From an uncultured Bacteroidales bacterium (GTDB lineage Bacteria > Bacteroidota > Bacteroidia > Bacteroidales > UBA4417), in the NCBI GenBank assembly GCA_963802185.1, contig CAWDHU010000017.1:202612-266611 (forward strand): a stretch of DNA of 64,000 nt. Direction: 5' to 3'. Position 1 is the stretch's first letter. Each line of letters starts with the position of its first letter. The position numbers were made by a program, and so were the translations under genes. Below are positions 46,904 through 56,657 of the stretch, in pieces. The notes beneath the pieces were generated by a model. It saw only the letters and a program-made list of their open reading frames with translations. It did no database searches and was not told where the DNA came from.

Positions 46904-49900
46904 TTAGTAATTATTCTGATAAAATACTTTACGGCTGATAGAGCCTATCTGATTTCGCAACTGTACGATAAGTATTTGCGGAGGCGATTTCAGTTTAAGT
47001 GTATGCTGTGTTAAACCCTGTAATTCTTTTTTCATTAGTACGCGTCCCAGGGCATCGTATATTAAAACTGTTGTTTCATTATTAACTAAAGTAAGGTCAA
47101 TATTAAGTTGTGTTCCATCCGTATAGATTCGGGCTGGTAACTCATTAACTTTAGCTGCGATATCAGGTCCGAAATGCAGTACAAAACGGTTTATATCATC
47201 TGAAGCAGAGGAAAGAAATTTATAAGAGATTTTATCCTTAAGATTCTGAAGATAATTCATCTGACGGTCTTCAAGAAATACGCTGTTGTATTTATCAAAA
47301 GCGAAATTGCAGGTAAGTGTGTATGATCCATCCTGCCCAGACTTAAACATAACTGGAACTACCGGATTATCCTCTGTATTTGTGAGGTATCTAACGGAAT
47401 ATTTTTCATCGTCCGACGTCATATAAAGGCTCGGCGCTGTTTTTACATGACTAAATAATTTTTCGGCACCAATATCATTAGTTGCATATCCAAATTGCAA
47501 TTGCACCTCATCTGCACTGTTATCAGCCTCCGATTGTACAACTACGCTAACCACAGATGTATTGGATATTGACTTTTTAAACCAATTCCCTGCACCGTTA
47601 TGAACACGCACAGTATTATCCATACTCAAGGTACCGTCAATATCGGCCCGCACAAAGAATCCCTGCATGGAAGCAATATATTGTGTTACCGAATTGGTTC
47701 CTGTTCCGGTATATGAATTGCATACACCGTAATTTTCTGCCGTAGGGTTCCAAATCCACATATCGTAACCGCTTCCACTGCTCACCAAATCGGTTCGTGA
47801 CCAACCAGACGATGCTGCCCAGTCGATGGATGAAGGATACGGATTACCCACCAGGTTGAAGCCTTTTAAACCTGCATCTGTACTACTTATAGTCAGGCTG
47901 GCATTTACAGTCCCATTGTTCAGATTTCCCGCAAATGCTTTTATTGGATTAGCCGCCTGCGTTGAATATAGATAGCCACGACCAACCATAAAATCAGCAC
48001 CCGGATGAACCGTTGTCCAATTCACTGCAGAAGTAGTATTAAGTTTATAGATCCAGCAATTGGTTGGTTCATTCCAAAGGTATAAATCATAACCTGTGCC
48101 ATTGCCATAAGTTCCTGAAGGTAACCAGGTGCCACTAATACTCTGACCAGCCACAGGTGATGAAAGAAAATGCCAGTCTTCGTCAGCACCGCTGATATAA
48201 AGTTCGACAGTTGCAGGTACATTATCCGTAGTATGAATTAGCGATGCAGTTCCTGAGGCATCGGATTTCACTACAAATCCTGCTGCACCAGCATTGTTGG
48301 TAATTGTACCGGTCACGGTGAGTTGCCTGCCAGCTGACACTTCGAATCTTTTACCTGTATTTATTGTAAGGACACTTGTAATTGTGGTTAAAGCACCACT
48401 TAAAAGTAACACGCCCGAATTATTATCAATTGTCAGGTAGTCAAATGTTAGAGCACTTGATGCATCAATAGTCTGAGGTAATGTCCCATTAAAAGTGAAA
48501 GTATTCCCGCTTGTTACATTGAACGAACCTAAGTTTGAAAAGTTTCCTCCAATAGTATGATTGAATGAGCCAGTATTGAAAGTACTGCCTGAACCAATGT
48601 CAAAATAACCTGAAATAAGCAGCACCGCTAGTGCAGTAACGTTGGCAGTTCCTGCTACTTCAAAATCGCCTGTAATGCTGAGGGTTGAAACAGGCATTGT
48701 TTTAGTGCCGCTTCCGCTTAATGTAAGAGAACTGTACCTGTTGGTGGCAGTATTGGGGATAACTACAGTCTGGTTTGCGCCATTGTAATCAACCAGGGTT
48801 TGACCCTCACTTCCAGTATGCCACTTGCCATTGTTGGTCATGGCTCCTCCAATACGCATAACACTCCCGCTGGTCATAAATAGTTCGCTTCCAGTATTGA
48901 TGGTTACATTATAGAAATTTGTTGAACCAGAAAGAGTAGCTGCAGCATTGGTAAAAATCACGTTACTTGAGCTAGCATTAAATGTGCCTCCCGCGTTATT
49001 CCAGGCATCGTTACTACCATTAATGGTTAATTGCGCATCTGCACCTGAATTCAGAGTTCCGTTTGCTTGAATAGTTAAGGATTTTATTTCAGTTGTTGAT
49101 GGTAATGAAGGATCATTAGGAGTAGCAGAAGCATCTGGAATAATAATCTTTTTGGCACTGGATGGTCCTTCGTTCGGTGTCCAGTTTTCAATTGTTGTCC
49201 AGGAATTGGATACCGAGCCATTCCATGTGAGGGTTGTAGTAGTTCCGAACTCATCGAGTGTAATATCTTTTGTTCCATCCCAGCTTGATGAGAAAAATGC
49301 TACATTTATATTTGACAGTCGAACCCAGTTTTCGGAGGTATTGTATGCTGAACGTCCATATTCAACATTAGTAGCCAGGCCAACCCACAACACCAGGTTA
49401 TCTTCAATATTCCCATTTAGTTCCGAATCGAGGTAATGCATGGTAAATACTGCTTTTGTATTGCTTCCCCCGGTTTGAATAAGTTCAACTTCACGTTGAA
49501 TAGCTCCGGCTCTCCAGGAAGGCGCATTTCCAATACTCAGCCTCAGGCTCATTTCACTTGGCAAGGTTCCGTCGGGTGGAAAAAAAGCCGTCATATACCT
49601 GCTTCCAAAAGTATAGCTTATGTTGGCAACGATTGTTGTACGGCGAACCATACCGGTAACTTCCCCTATTCCAACCGTTGTCGCATCAGCTCCCATGGTC
49701 AGGGTTTTCATCGAAAAACCATCCCACATATCGAGGCAGCCTTTTGTAGCTGAGGGATTATTATTGTCCAGATCGAGAATTCCATTAATAGTAAAATCGC
49801 TGCTTGCAGTAATACCACCTGCGCCATCAATATCAAGGTCGTTCACAGCTGTGCTGAAAATACCTGAAGGAAGAAAAATAGCAGAGGAATTATTAAAAGT

Positions 49901-52900
49901 TAAGGTGGCCCCGGTATTACTGGCATCAATAGTTCCGCTTGTCCTGATGGGGGAACTCCCGGTTAATGTAAATTCGTTCGCGCCAAGGTTTAACGTACCG
50001 GCTATCAAATTCAACAAACCCATTATCGTCATATCCTGATTACCGAGTGTAACTCCGGCAGAATTGTTGATGGATAGATTATTGATGAAAGGAATAACAG
50101 AAAACAGATTATCTGGCAGTGTAACAGCAGTTGTGCCTCCAAAAACTATCGACGAACCGGTACCAGCATTAATAAAACCAGTTGTTTTGCCAATAGTACC
50201 ATTTATAGCGATTGTAGTTGTTCCTGTGCTTAAATCTCCACTGGTAAGAGTTAAAGAACCGTTTACAGTTATATTAGTAGCCAACGCAACCCAAAAACTA
50301 TTGTTGATTGTTAAATTGTCGAAAGTTGTTGATGAGGTTCCACTTATCCCTTGTGTTGAACCACCATTCATAGTGAGAGTACCACCCGTTACAACTGAGA
50401 AAATCCCATTGTTGGTGAAATTTCCTGATACTGAATGAGCAAAGTTGCCTGCATTGAATGTTGAACCATTCCCAATGGTCATATTTTCCAAAAAAGTGAT
50501 TGATGCGCCAGCATTAACTGTTGTAGATCCTGAAACAGTATAATTTTTGGTAATTGTAATCCCGGTGACAGGCATAGTTTTAGTGCCGGTACCACTCAGA
50601 ATCAGGTTGCTATACCTGTTAGTGGCTGTATTGGGAACAACCACTGTTTGGTTTCCTCCTTTATATTCAACTGTAGTAATACCTTTATACACAGTACGTA
50701 ATGAGCCATTATTGGTTAAATTCCCTGATACGCCGACATAAGTGCCATCACTCATTACAATAGAAGCGCCAAAATCCAGGGTAAGGTTGTAGAAATCTGT
50801 TGATCCTGTCAACGTAGCCAATGAATTTGTGAATACAATGGTACTGTTTCCAGCATTAAATGTCGCAGCCTGGTTATCCCATGCGCCATCTCCGTCATTT
50901 ATGGTTAATTGCGCTCCGTTTGCGGAGTTTAGTATTGCACCACTTTCAAGTTTTAATGTTCCACAGGTTGCAATGATAGGTATTGTAGGATCAAAAGTTG
51001 TTGTAGCCGCATCGGGTATAGTAATGGCAGTATGGGCCGAAGGGGCCGCGTTAGGAGTCCAGTTCGTGGCTGTTACCCAGGAGTTACTGGTTGAGCCATT
51101 CCAGGTAAGCGCAGTGGTTTCCGATTCGTCCAGTGTAATATTTATTATTCCAAAAGAAGAATAAAAAATTCCGATGTTTGCATTAGAAATACTTACCCAA
51201 TTTTGAACTGTATTGTTAGCGGAACGCCCGTATTCGATAGTTGTTGAAGTAGGTATGATACGAATCCAGTCGACCAGATTTTCTTCATTGTTCCCGTTTA
51301 ATTCCGAATCAAGATAATGGGCATACATAAGGGCATGTGTTGTAACCGCTCCCGTCTGGATTAATTCATAAACCCGTTTAATTGCCCCCGATTTCCAGGC
51401 AGGAGCTATCCCGATATTAATTTTCAGGCTAAGTTCTGACGGCAAGGTTCCAAAATTTTCGAAATTGATTGTTGTGTATTGATTCCCATATGAATATGTT
51501 ACATCAGGAACAATAGTGGTTCTTCTTACAATTCCGGTTACGTCCCCGGGTCCGACTGTGGAGGAAGTAGACCCCATCAATACTGTGTTGCTTCCCATAT
51601 CCAATATACCTTTGGTTTCAGAAGGATTTACAGATGTAAGGTTCAGTATACCATTTACAGTTATATTGGCGGTGGCAGTTGCTCCACCGGAACCACTAAT
51701 AGTTAAGTTATTGTAAGTACCAGCAACGATAGTTTGGGCACCAGTTCCGGAAAATACAAAACTACCTCCCCAGGTTTTTCCTGCCGGAACCGGAGTAACT
51801 GATGTACTTTGAGTGATAACTGTTCCCGAACTTGTTACCGAACCTGTAATAGCAGTGATGTTATTACCCACCAGATTGAAAACAGCGCCCGTCGAAATGT
51901 TTAATCCACCACTTATACTGCAATTGGTTGATGTTCCTAATGTTACTGTAGCAGTTGTGTTAGAAATAGTGAAATTAGTAAACGAAACTCCCACAGTTGA
52001 AGTAATTGACTGTGGCCCATTCCCGTTTAGCGTAATTGAACTCAATGATGAAGTAAGAGTTCCGCCGTTGTTGGTGACATTACCTGAAAAAGTATTACTG
52101 AATGAACCTAGGTTCAGTGTATTTCCTGCACCCATAGTAACGTTACCACCTACGGTTAAAACAGCGTTTACTGAAGCTGAGGATGTTCCCGAAAGGGTTA
52201 AATTCCCTATCACTGATAAAGCTGTACCAGGCATTGTTTTTGTTCCGCTGCCGCTTAAAATAAGGTGATAATAACCTGGAGTATTTCCATCTGGATTTAT
52301 AACGGTTTGGTTGGCACCATTATATTCCACCGATGTTCCGGCTGTAGACAGATCAACCATACTACTTAATTGGGGCGTAATCCAACCATCAATCTTCATA
52401 TAAAATCCAATTCCGGGTTTGAGAAAAGTATTTGCTGCAATATTGATATTGTGGAATTGGTTTGCACCTAATCCTGATACTGTAACAATTTCATTAATAT
52501 TGCCGTGAATAAAATTCACGATCCCGGTTCCAGGGTTAAAGGTGCCTGAATTACTCCATGCACCAGTCGATCCTGTTATTGTAATGTCATAATTATCTAC
52601 TGTAACAGAAGCTCCGGTTTCAATTTCCAGTGTTTTACACGTGGCCGGCACTGTTGAAGTGTTAAGATTCCGAGTAGGATATCCGTGGGTATCGCCGGGT
52701 AATGTGGCTGGTATCAATACATCATCAGATGAAGTCGGCACACCTCCATTCCAGTTTCCAGGTAAACTCCAGTCTCCTGCAAAAGATGGCGAACCATTTC
52801 CTGTCCATATTATTTTTGGTACATTCGTATAGCCTAAGCCCCACTGTTTAACATCCAGGGAGCTGGAAGTTGCAATGAAATTAATAGCCATACCTGTTAG

Positions 52901-55882
52901 TCCGACCCAGTTCTCTGTTGTACTATTATTTGATTTGCCACGAGGATAAACATTTCCATAAGTTGGCCCTGTATAAGCATCCCAAAAAACCAGTTTTGTC
53001 TCGTCAGTTTCTGAACCATTTAATTCGCTATCCAAATAGAATAAATGGGTAATGGTTCTGTCGGTTCCAGTTCCATCCTGGGCAAAACTATAGGTTCTTT
53101 TCACTGCTCCACCTCTCCATGTTGGCGCTGAGCCGATAGCAATTTTACAACTTATCCAGGATGGCTTAACACCACCGGGGAAATCGGTGAAAACTATCGT
53201 TGTATTTTGATTTCCAAAACTATAAACAATATTCCCTGAGAAAGTATGCTGACGCTTTACAATTCCTGTCACATCTCCCGCTCCAGTAGTTGTAGCGGAC
53301 GCACCCATTGATATTGTATTTACTCCCGTGTGGAGTGCTCCCTGAGTAGCTGATGCATTGGCGCTTAGTAAATTCAAAATTCCGTAAACTGTCGCATTTC
53401 CATTCAATGTTACGCCAGTTGCACGGTTAATACTGAAATTATTCAGACCACTGGTTATGGCAGGAATAACAAGATTAGAGCCACTTCCTCCTACTAATAA
53501 ATTACTTGCCGTACCACCCACAAGAGCGCTACTGCCTGATAATGTTCCATTTAATACCAGCGAATTTGTGGAGATTGAATATGTTCCGGCCGATAAATTC
53601 ATGTCGCCGTTTACAGTAACAGTTGAAGGTGTATTTGAAGATTGCCCATCAATGACCAGGTCATCGAAATACCAGAAATCCAAACCATAAGTATAACCTG
53701 TAATGTAATACCTGATATAAAAAGTTCCTCCAACGTTGGTTGTCCAGTTTGTATAACTTAAATTATCCGGGCCTATGTTAGCAGTGCCTGTGGGAGATGA
53801 AGAATAAATATCTGTCCATGGACCGGATGAAGATGCAGCACATTGAACTTTTATGGTAAAGGGCCACGTTGTGGCATTATAGTTATCAATAAATTGTTTC
53901 CAGCTGATATTTAGTGAAGTATAACCTGTTGTATTTACTGAACGATACATAGAGGTTGTATAATTAGTTGAAGATGATGAACCATAAGCATATCGGCATT
54001 CTTTTGACGATCCACCTGCATTCGAACTTGATACAGCCGAATATTGATTATACGATGCACCCAAATCCCCTGTCCAGTTATTTAAATTATCAAATGCATC
54101 TGTAAGGATATTAACTGAAGACCCTAGATTTCCACCCTGAATAACACCTCCGGTATTAGTTGTCAGATTGTTGAGTACGCCACTTGAAATCGGCATTTCC
54201 ATACCTGTTGTTATCGGTGAACTTCCGGTATAAATTAGGTTTACATTGCCGCTAAAAATTGGAGCTGAACCCAGAGAACCCAGCGATCTCGAAATAGTTG
54301 ATCCGTTTGCCATGGTCAGGTAAGTTGAATTTACCAGAGCTCCGCTTGACAATGTCAGGGTTCCATTTACCGTAATTGCACCAAGCAGGTTTGTATTTGC
54401 ATTTACGGTAAAGTTGTTTAATCCGCTGTTGATTGATTTTACTGTATTGGCAAAATTTAATACCAGGTTTGATGAAGCACCGCCATAAAACAACGGGTCA
54501 GCTGTGTAATTAATGTTTCCGTTTAAGGTTAATGTATTCGCTCCAATCCTGAAAGATGATGTGCCTGTTCCACCGGAGAAGGTTAAATTATTAGAAATGA
54601 CCAGATTACCACCCAGAGTAACATCAGCGGTATTGAATAGCGAAATATTGTCAGCAATACGGGAGGCCGGAATTTCGAAACCTGTGCTGTAGGAAATTGA
54701 TGCTTCATCGTAGTAAAGAGATAAGCCTCCTGTGCCGACATTGAATACGGGAGCAGCATCAAGACTTCCCGCGGATGAAGTATTTCCTGACATTCCTCGC
54801 TGCACGATTGCTGAAGAAATACCGCCTGTTCCTAATGTCAGTTTGCCTGCATTAGTAACAGTACCATAAAAAAGATTTGCCCTGGCAATTACCGTATTGT
54901 TCGATCCGGCTAGTGTTAGACCCGAAGCATTTGTATTTGCCACCCCGAATGCAGAAACAGGAGCAGTAACCGTCCCGTTATTTGTAAAAGTCTGTGCATT
55001 GGCAGAAATAAATATAAAACGTGTATAATCTCCAGTTGCATCTATGGTGCCGCCCGGATTGTTTGTTACATTACCTGCCATTCTCAGCCAGGTATCTGAA
55101 GTAGTTGTCCCGGAAATCAGGGTAATGGTTCCGGTGTTGTTTATATTTCCATTTACAATTGCCGTTATTGTAGAATTGATAATCATGGGCGTGCCACTGC
55201 CTACAGTAAGATTTCCAAAGGTTGTGATTGAAGATGCCATTGTTTTAGTTCCGTTACCGGATAAACCCAGGTTCCCGTTATAATCAACATTATAAATGAT
55301 TTGAGCGGCAGACCCGGTATAATTTACTGAGCTTCCGGTTACTGTAGACAATGCAGGCGAACCGGTTAAGAAACCCATGTTCAGGGTTCCTGCATCGTCC
55401 AGGTTGATCTGGCAGCCAGTGGTTCCGGTAGTTACAGTTCCAGAAACGGTAAGAGTTCCTGTTGTGATGTTAACAATATTATTTCGCCCGCTTGATGTTG
55501 CCAACATAGTAAACGAACCGCACGTAAGATCACCGGCATTAAGATTTACTGTACAATTACGGGAGGTTGAAGGCCTTGGCATGCTTAAAAGTCCGGTGAT
55601 GGAAAGTGAATTTGTGCCGCTAAAGGTTAACGCACTGTTTGTTGTGACTCCTGCAAAAGTAAGTGAAGCACATTGAGCATTCGTGATATTTACAGTTACC
55701 GTTATTCCTGCATTAATAGTTACAGCATCAGCGGAAGTCGGAATGGCTGATCCACCCCAGGTTACAGTACTGTTCCAGTTACCGGAAACAGAAGCTGTAC
55801 GGTTTGCAGCATAACTCATCTGTATTGAGATCGAAAAAATCAATGCAGTCAAAAGAGTAATATGTAGCCTGTTTATCTTCAT
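46904..55882 (-). CDS. 2992-aa beta-helix-repeat surface protein with T9SS type-A C-terminal sorting domain
   Basis: Signal peptide MKINRLHITLLTALIFSISIQMSYA. N-terminus SGNWNSTVTWGGSAIPTSADAVTINAGITVTV, then hundreds of G/T/N/S-rich ~20-25-aa beta-strand repeats. An inserted choice-of-anchor-J/MAM-like module (FDNLNNWTGD...DFWYFDDLVIDG) lies at nt ~53645-54110. The C-terminal ...TVLIYDALGRVLMKKELQGLTQHTLKLKSPPQILIVQLRNQIGSISRKVFYQ has the T9SS CTD pattern. Confidence 0.85.
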   Translation of the reverse strand: MKINRLHITLLTALIFSISIQMSYAANRTASVSGNWNSTVTWGGSAIPTSADAVTINAGITVTVNITNAQCASLTFAGVTTNSALTFSGTNSLSITGLLSMPRPSTSRNCTVNLNAGDLTCGSFTMLATSSGRNNIVNITTGTLTVSGTVTTGTTGCQINLDDAGTLNMGFLTGSPALSTVTGSSVNYTGSAAQIIYNVDYNGNLGLSGNGTKTMASSITTFGNLTVGSGTPMIINSTITAIVNGNINNTGTITLISGTTTSDTWLRMAGNVTNNPGGTIDATGDYTRFIFISANAQTFTNNGTVTAPVSAFGVANTNASGLTLAGSNNTVIARANLFYGTVTNAGKLTLGTGGISSAIVQRGMSGNTSSAGSLDAAPVFNVGTGGLSLYYDEASISYSTGFEIPASRIADNISLFNTADVTLGGNLVISNNLTFSGGTGTSSFRIGANTLTLNGNINYTADPLFYGGASSNLVLNFANTVKSINSGLNNFTVNANTNLLGAITVNGTLTLSSGALVNSTYLTMANGSTISRSLGSLGSAPIFSGNVNLIYTGSSPITTGMEMPISSGVLNNLTTNTGGVIQGGNLGSSVNILTDAFDNLNNWTGDLGASYNQYSAVSSSNAGGSSKECRYAYGSSSSTNYTTSMYRSVNTTGYTSLNISWKQFIDNYNATTWPFTIKVQCAASSSGPWTDIYSSSPTGTANIGPDNLSYTNWTTNVGGTFYIRYYITGYTYGLDFWYFDDLVIDGQSSNTPSTVTVNGDMNLSAGTYSISTNSLVLNGTLSGSSALVGGTASNLLVGGSGSNLVIPAITSGLNNFSINRATGVTLNGNATVYGILNLLSANASATQGALHTGVNTISMGASATTTGAGDVTGIVKRQHTFSGNIVYSFGNQNTTIVFTDFPGGVKPSWISCKIAIGSAPTWRGGAVKRTYSFAQDGTGTDRTITHLFYLDSELNGSETDETKLVFWDAYTGPTYGNVYPRGKSNNSTTENWVGLTGMAINFIATSSSLDVKQWGLGYTNVPKIIWTGNGSPSFAGDWSLPGNWNGGVPTSSDDVLIPATLPGDTHGYPTRNLNTSTVPATCKTLEIETGASVTVDNYDITITGSTGAWSNSGTFNPGTGIVNFIHGNINEIVTVSGLGANQFHNINIAANTFLKPGIGFYMKIDGWITPQLSSMVDLSTAGTSVEYNGANQTVINPDGNTPGYYHLILSGSGTKTMPGTALSVIGNLTLSGTSSASVNAVLTVGGNVTMGAGNTLNLGSFSNTFSGNVTNNGGTLTSSLSSITLNGNGPQSITSTVGVSFTNFTISNTTATVTLGTSTNCSISGGLNISTGAVFNLVGNNITAITGSVTSSGTVITQSTSVTPVPAGKTWGGSFVFSGTGAQTIVAGTYNNLTISGSGGATATANITVNGILNLTSVNPSETKGILDMGSNTVLMGSTSSTVGPGDVTGIVRRTTIVPDVTYSYGNQYTTINFENFGTLPSELSLKINIGIAPAWKSGAIKRVYELIQTGAVTTHALMYAHYLDSELNGNNEENLVDWIRIIPTSTTIEYGRSANNTVQNWVSISNANIGIFYSSFGIINITLDESETTALTWNGSTSNSWVTATNWTPNAAPSAHTAITIPDAATTTFDPTIPIIATCGTLKLESGAILNSANGAQLTINDGDGAWDNQAATFNAGNSTIVFTNSLATLTGSTDFYNLTLDFGASIVMSDGTYVGVSGNLTNNGSLRTVYKGITTVEYKGGNQTVVVPNTATNRYSNLILSGTGTKTMPVTGITITKNYTVSGSTTVNAGASITFLENMTIGNGSTFNAGNFAHSVSGNFTNNGIFSVVTGGTLTMNGGSTQGISGTSSTTFDNLTINNSFWVALATNITVNGSLTLTSGDLSTGTTTIAINGTIGKTTGFINAGTGSSIVFGGTTAVTLPDNLFSVIPFINNLSINNSAGVTLGNQDMTIMGLLNLIAGTLNLGANEFTLTGSSPIRTSGTIDASNTGATLTFNNSSAIFLPSGIFSTAVNDLDIDGAGGITASSDFTINGILDLDNNNPSATKGCLDMWDGFSMKTLTMGADATTVGIGEVTGMVRRTTIVANISYTFGSRYMTAFFPPDGTLPSEMSLRLSIGNAPSWRAGAIQREVELIQTGGSNTKAVFTMHYLDSELNGNIEDNLVLWVGLATNVEYGRSAYNTSENWVRLSNINVAFFSSSWDGTKDITLDEFGTTTTLTWNGSVSNSWTTIENWTPNEGPSSAKKIIIPDASATPNDPSLPSTTEIKSLTIQANGTLNSGADAQLTINGSNDAWNNAGGTFNASSSNVIFTNAAATLSGSTNFYNVTINTGSELFMTSGSVMRIGGAMTNNGKWHTGSEGQTLVDYNGANQTVVIPNTATNRYSSLTLSGSGTKTMPVSTLSITGDFEVAGTANVTALAVLLISGYFDIGSGSTFNTGSFNHTIGGNFSNLGSFNVTSGNTFTFNGTLPQTIDASSALTFDYLTIDNNSGVLLLSGALTTITSVLTINTGKRFEVSAGRQLTVTGTITNNAGAAGFVVKSDASGTASLIHTTDNVPATVELYISGADEDWHFLSSPVAGQSISGTWLPSGTYGNGTGYDLYLWNEPTNCWIYKLNTTSAVNWTTVHPGADFMVGRGYLYSTQAANPIKAFAGNLNNGTVNASLTISSTDAGLKGFNLVGNPYPSSIDWAASSGWSRTDLVSSGSGYDMWIWNPTAENYGVCNSYTGTGTNSVTQYIASMQGFFVRADIDGTLSMDNTVRVHNGAGNWFKKSISNTSVVSVVVQSEADNSADEVQLQFGYATNDIGAEKLFSHVKTAPSLYMTSDDEKYSVRYLTNTEDNPVVPVMFKSGQDGSYTLTCNFAFDKYNSVFLEDRQMNYLQNLKDKISYKFLSSASDDINRFVLHFGPDIAAKVNELPARIYTDGTQLNIDLTLVNNETTVLIYDALGRVLMKKELQGLTQHTLKLKSPPQILIVQLRNQIGSISRKVFYQNNY
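48200..53350 (-). repeat. three diverged ~1.7-1.9 kb super-repeats inside the 2992-aa gene (beta-helix block plus ~190-aa conserved globular module)
   Basis: The conserved module A(T/E)(Q/K)G.L..G......MG....T.G.G.VTG.V.R...........Y.FG......F.......PS.......IG.AP.W..GA..R.......G........Y LDSELNG ... W.G..S.SW....NW occurs three times. The YLDSELNG codons are at ~53030, ~51305 and ~49425. Confidence 0.75.
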
Positions 55883-55988
55883 TTTTTATTTCCTACTCAA
55901 AGTCATTTCTATACATTTATCTATAAAATGGTATTTTCAATAATTTCAATAGAGTTAATGGGATTTATACGATGTGATGTGTAACAGA

Positions 55989-56387
55989 TCAGAAGTCTGT
56001 CATAGGGATTTTTTTTTCATTTTCGTTTTTCTCCAGCAATTCTTTAACCACCCTGGATACTTTCTCAAAATCATCTGTTTTGGAAAAGAAATAATCTACA
56101 CCAGCTTTAACAGCCGATTGCCTGTATGGATCAAAAGCATAAAAAGTAAGAATAATAAATTTGACATCTTTATCTACCTTCCTTATCTCTTTTAAAACTT
56201 CGAGACCGGATAATCCGGGCATTTTAAGGTCAACTATGGCCAGGTCGGGTTTCAGCGTCCGGAGGGCATACAAGGCATCTGTGCCATTTTTTAAGGCTGC
56301 CACTATTTCCACCTGATTGAAAGCGCTCAGCATTTCCTTTAACCAATCAAGAATCAAATCCGAATCATCTGCTATTATTACCCTCAT
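55989..56387 (-). CDS. single-domain (CheY-like) response-regulator receiver protein
   Basis: The likely start is the ATG at 56387 (MRVIIADDSDLILDWLKEML...); the track ORF extends to 56522 through non-homologous sequence. Receiver residues: DD, phospho-Asp in LAIVDLKMPG, ILT, and K in FFSK. Confidence 0.8.
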   Translation of the reverse strand: MRVIIADDSDLILDWLKEMLSAFNQVEIVAALKNGTDALYALRTLKPDLAIVDLKMPGLSGLEVLKEIRKVDKDVKFIILTFYAFDPYRQSAVKAGVDYFFSKTDDFEKVSRVVKELLEKNENEKKIPMTDF

Positions 56388-56462
56388 GACATTATAATTT
56401 TTGAACATGGTAAAAGTATTACCGATGCTAAAGTTTAGCTGTAAGGAATAAGGAGAAATGAA

Positions 56463-56495
56463 TGTAGGGGAATGCTTATTTGCTTGTAGGGGAAT
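56463..56495 (-). promoter_or_regulatory. 11-bp direct repeat pair spaced 22 bp centre-to-centre (candidate regulator binding site)
   Basis: tgtaggggaat occurs at 56463-56473 and again at 56485-56495. These lie 76-108 bp upstream of the receiver-gene start. Confidence 0.35.
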
Positions 56496-56511
56496 CCTGA
56501 CAAAAAAAGGT

Positions 56512-56609
56512 CCAAGGTCCAAGTCCCAAATTCAAAATTCCAAGACCTGCACTACAAGCCTTCTAGGTACTCAGGACTTGGAATTCGGGGCTTGGAATTT
56601 GAGCCTTGC
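56512..56609 (-). promoter_or_regulatory. ~100-nt palindromic ccaag/cttgg element with mutually exclusive pairings (candidate leader or attenuator structure)
   Basis: ccaagtcc (56519-26) is complementary to ggacttgg (56574-81). aaattccaag (56535-44) is complementary both to cttggaattt (56591-600) and, as a 9-mer, to cttggaatt (56577-85). An outer pair caagg/ccttg also exists. Confidence 0.4.
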
Positions 56610-56632
56610 GTCTTATAAAAACCGCAAATCAT

Positions 56633-56640
56633 CAAATATA
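56633..56640 (-). promoter_or_regulatory. candidate -7 promoter element (TATATTTG on the minus strand) just after the NarL-type gene
   Basis: The plus strand reads CAAATATA. I find no other TAnnTTTG in the spacers 55883-55988, 46693-46903, 46119-46191 or 45150-45257. Confidence 0.35.
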
Positions 56641-56657
56641 AATAAATTCAGATATCA

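Noticed and set aside
48022-55676. Many plus-strand ORFs (63-151 aa) and small minus-strand ORFs inside 46904..55882. Similar ORFs occur inside 40846..44631.
   Set aside because: They are embedded in, or antisense to, a continuous 2992-aa ORF with a signal peptide and a T9SS C-terminal domain. Their Val/Pro-rich composition is what antisense G/T/N-rich beta-helix repeats produce.
56388-56522. N-terminal 45-aa extension of the CheY-like ORF as given in the ORF track.
   Set aside because: The extension (MDLGPFFVRIPLQANK...) covers the direct repeats and has no receiver homology. The canonical receiver N-terminus MRVIIADDS starts at the ATG at 56387.
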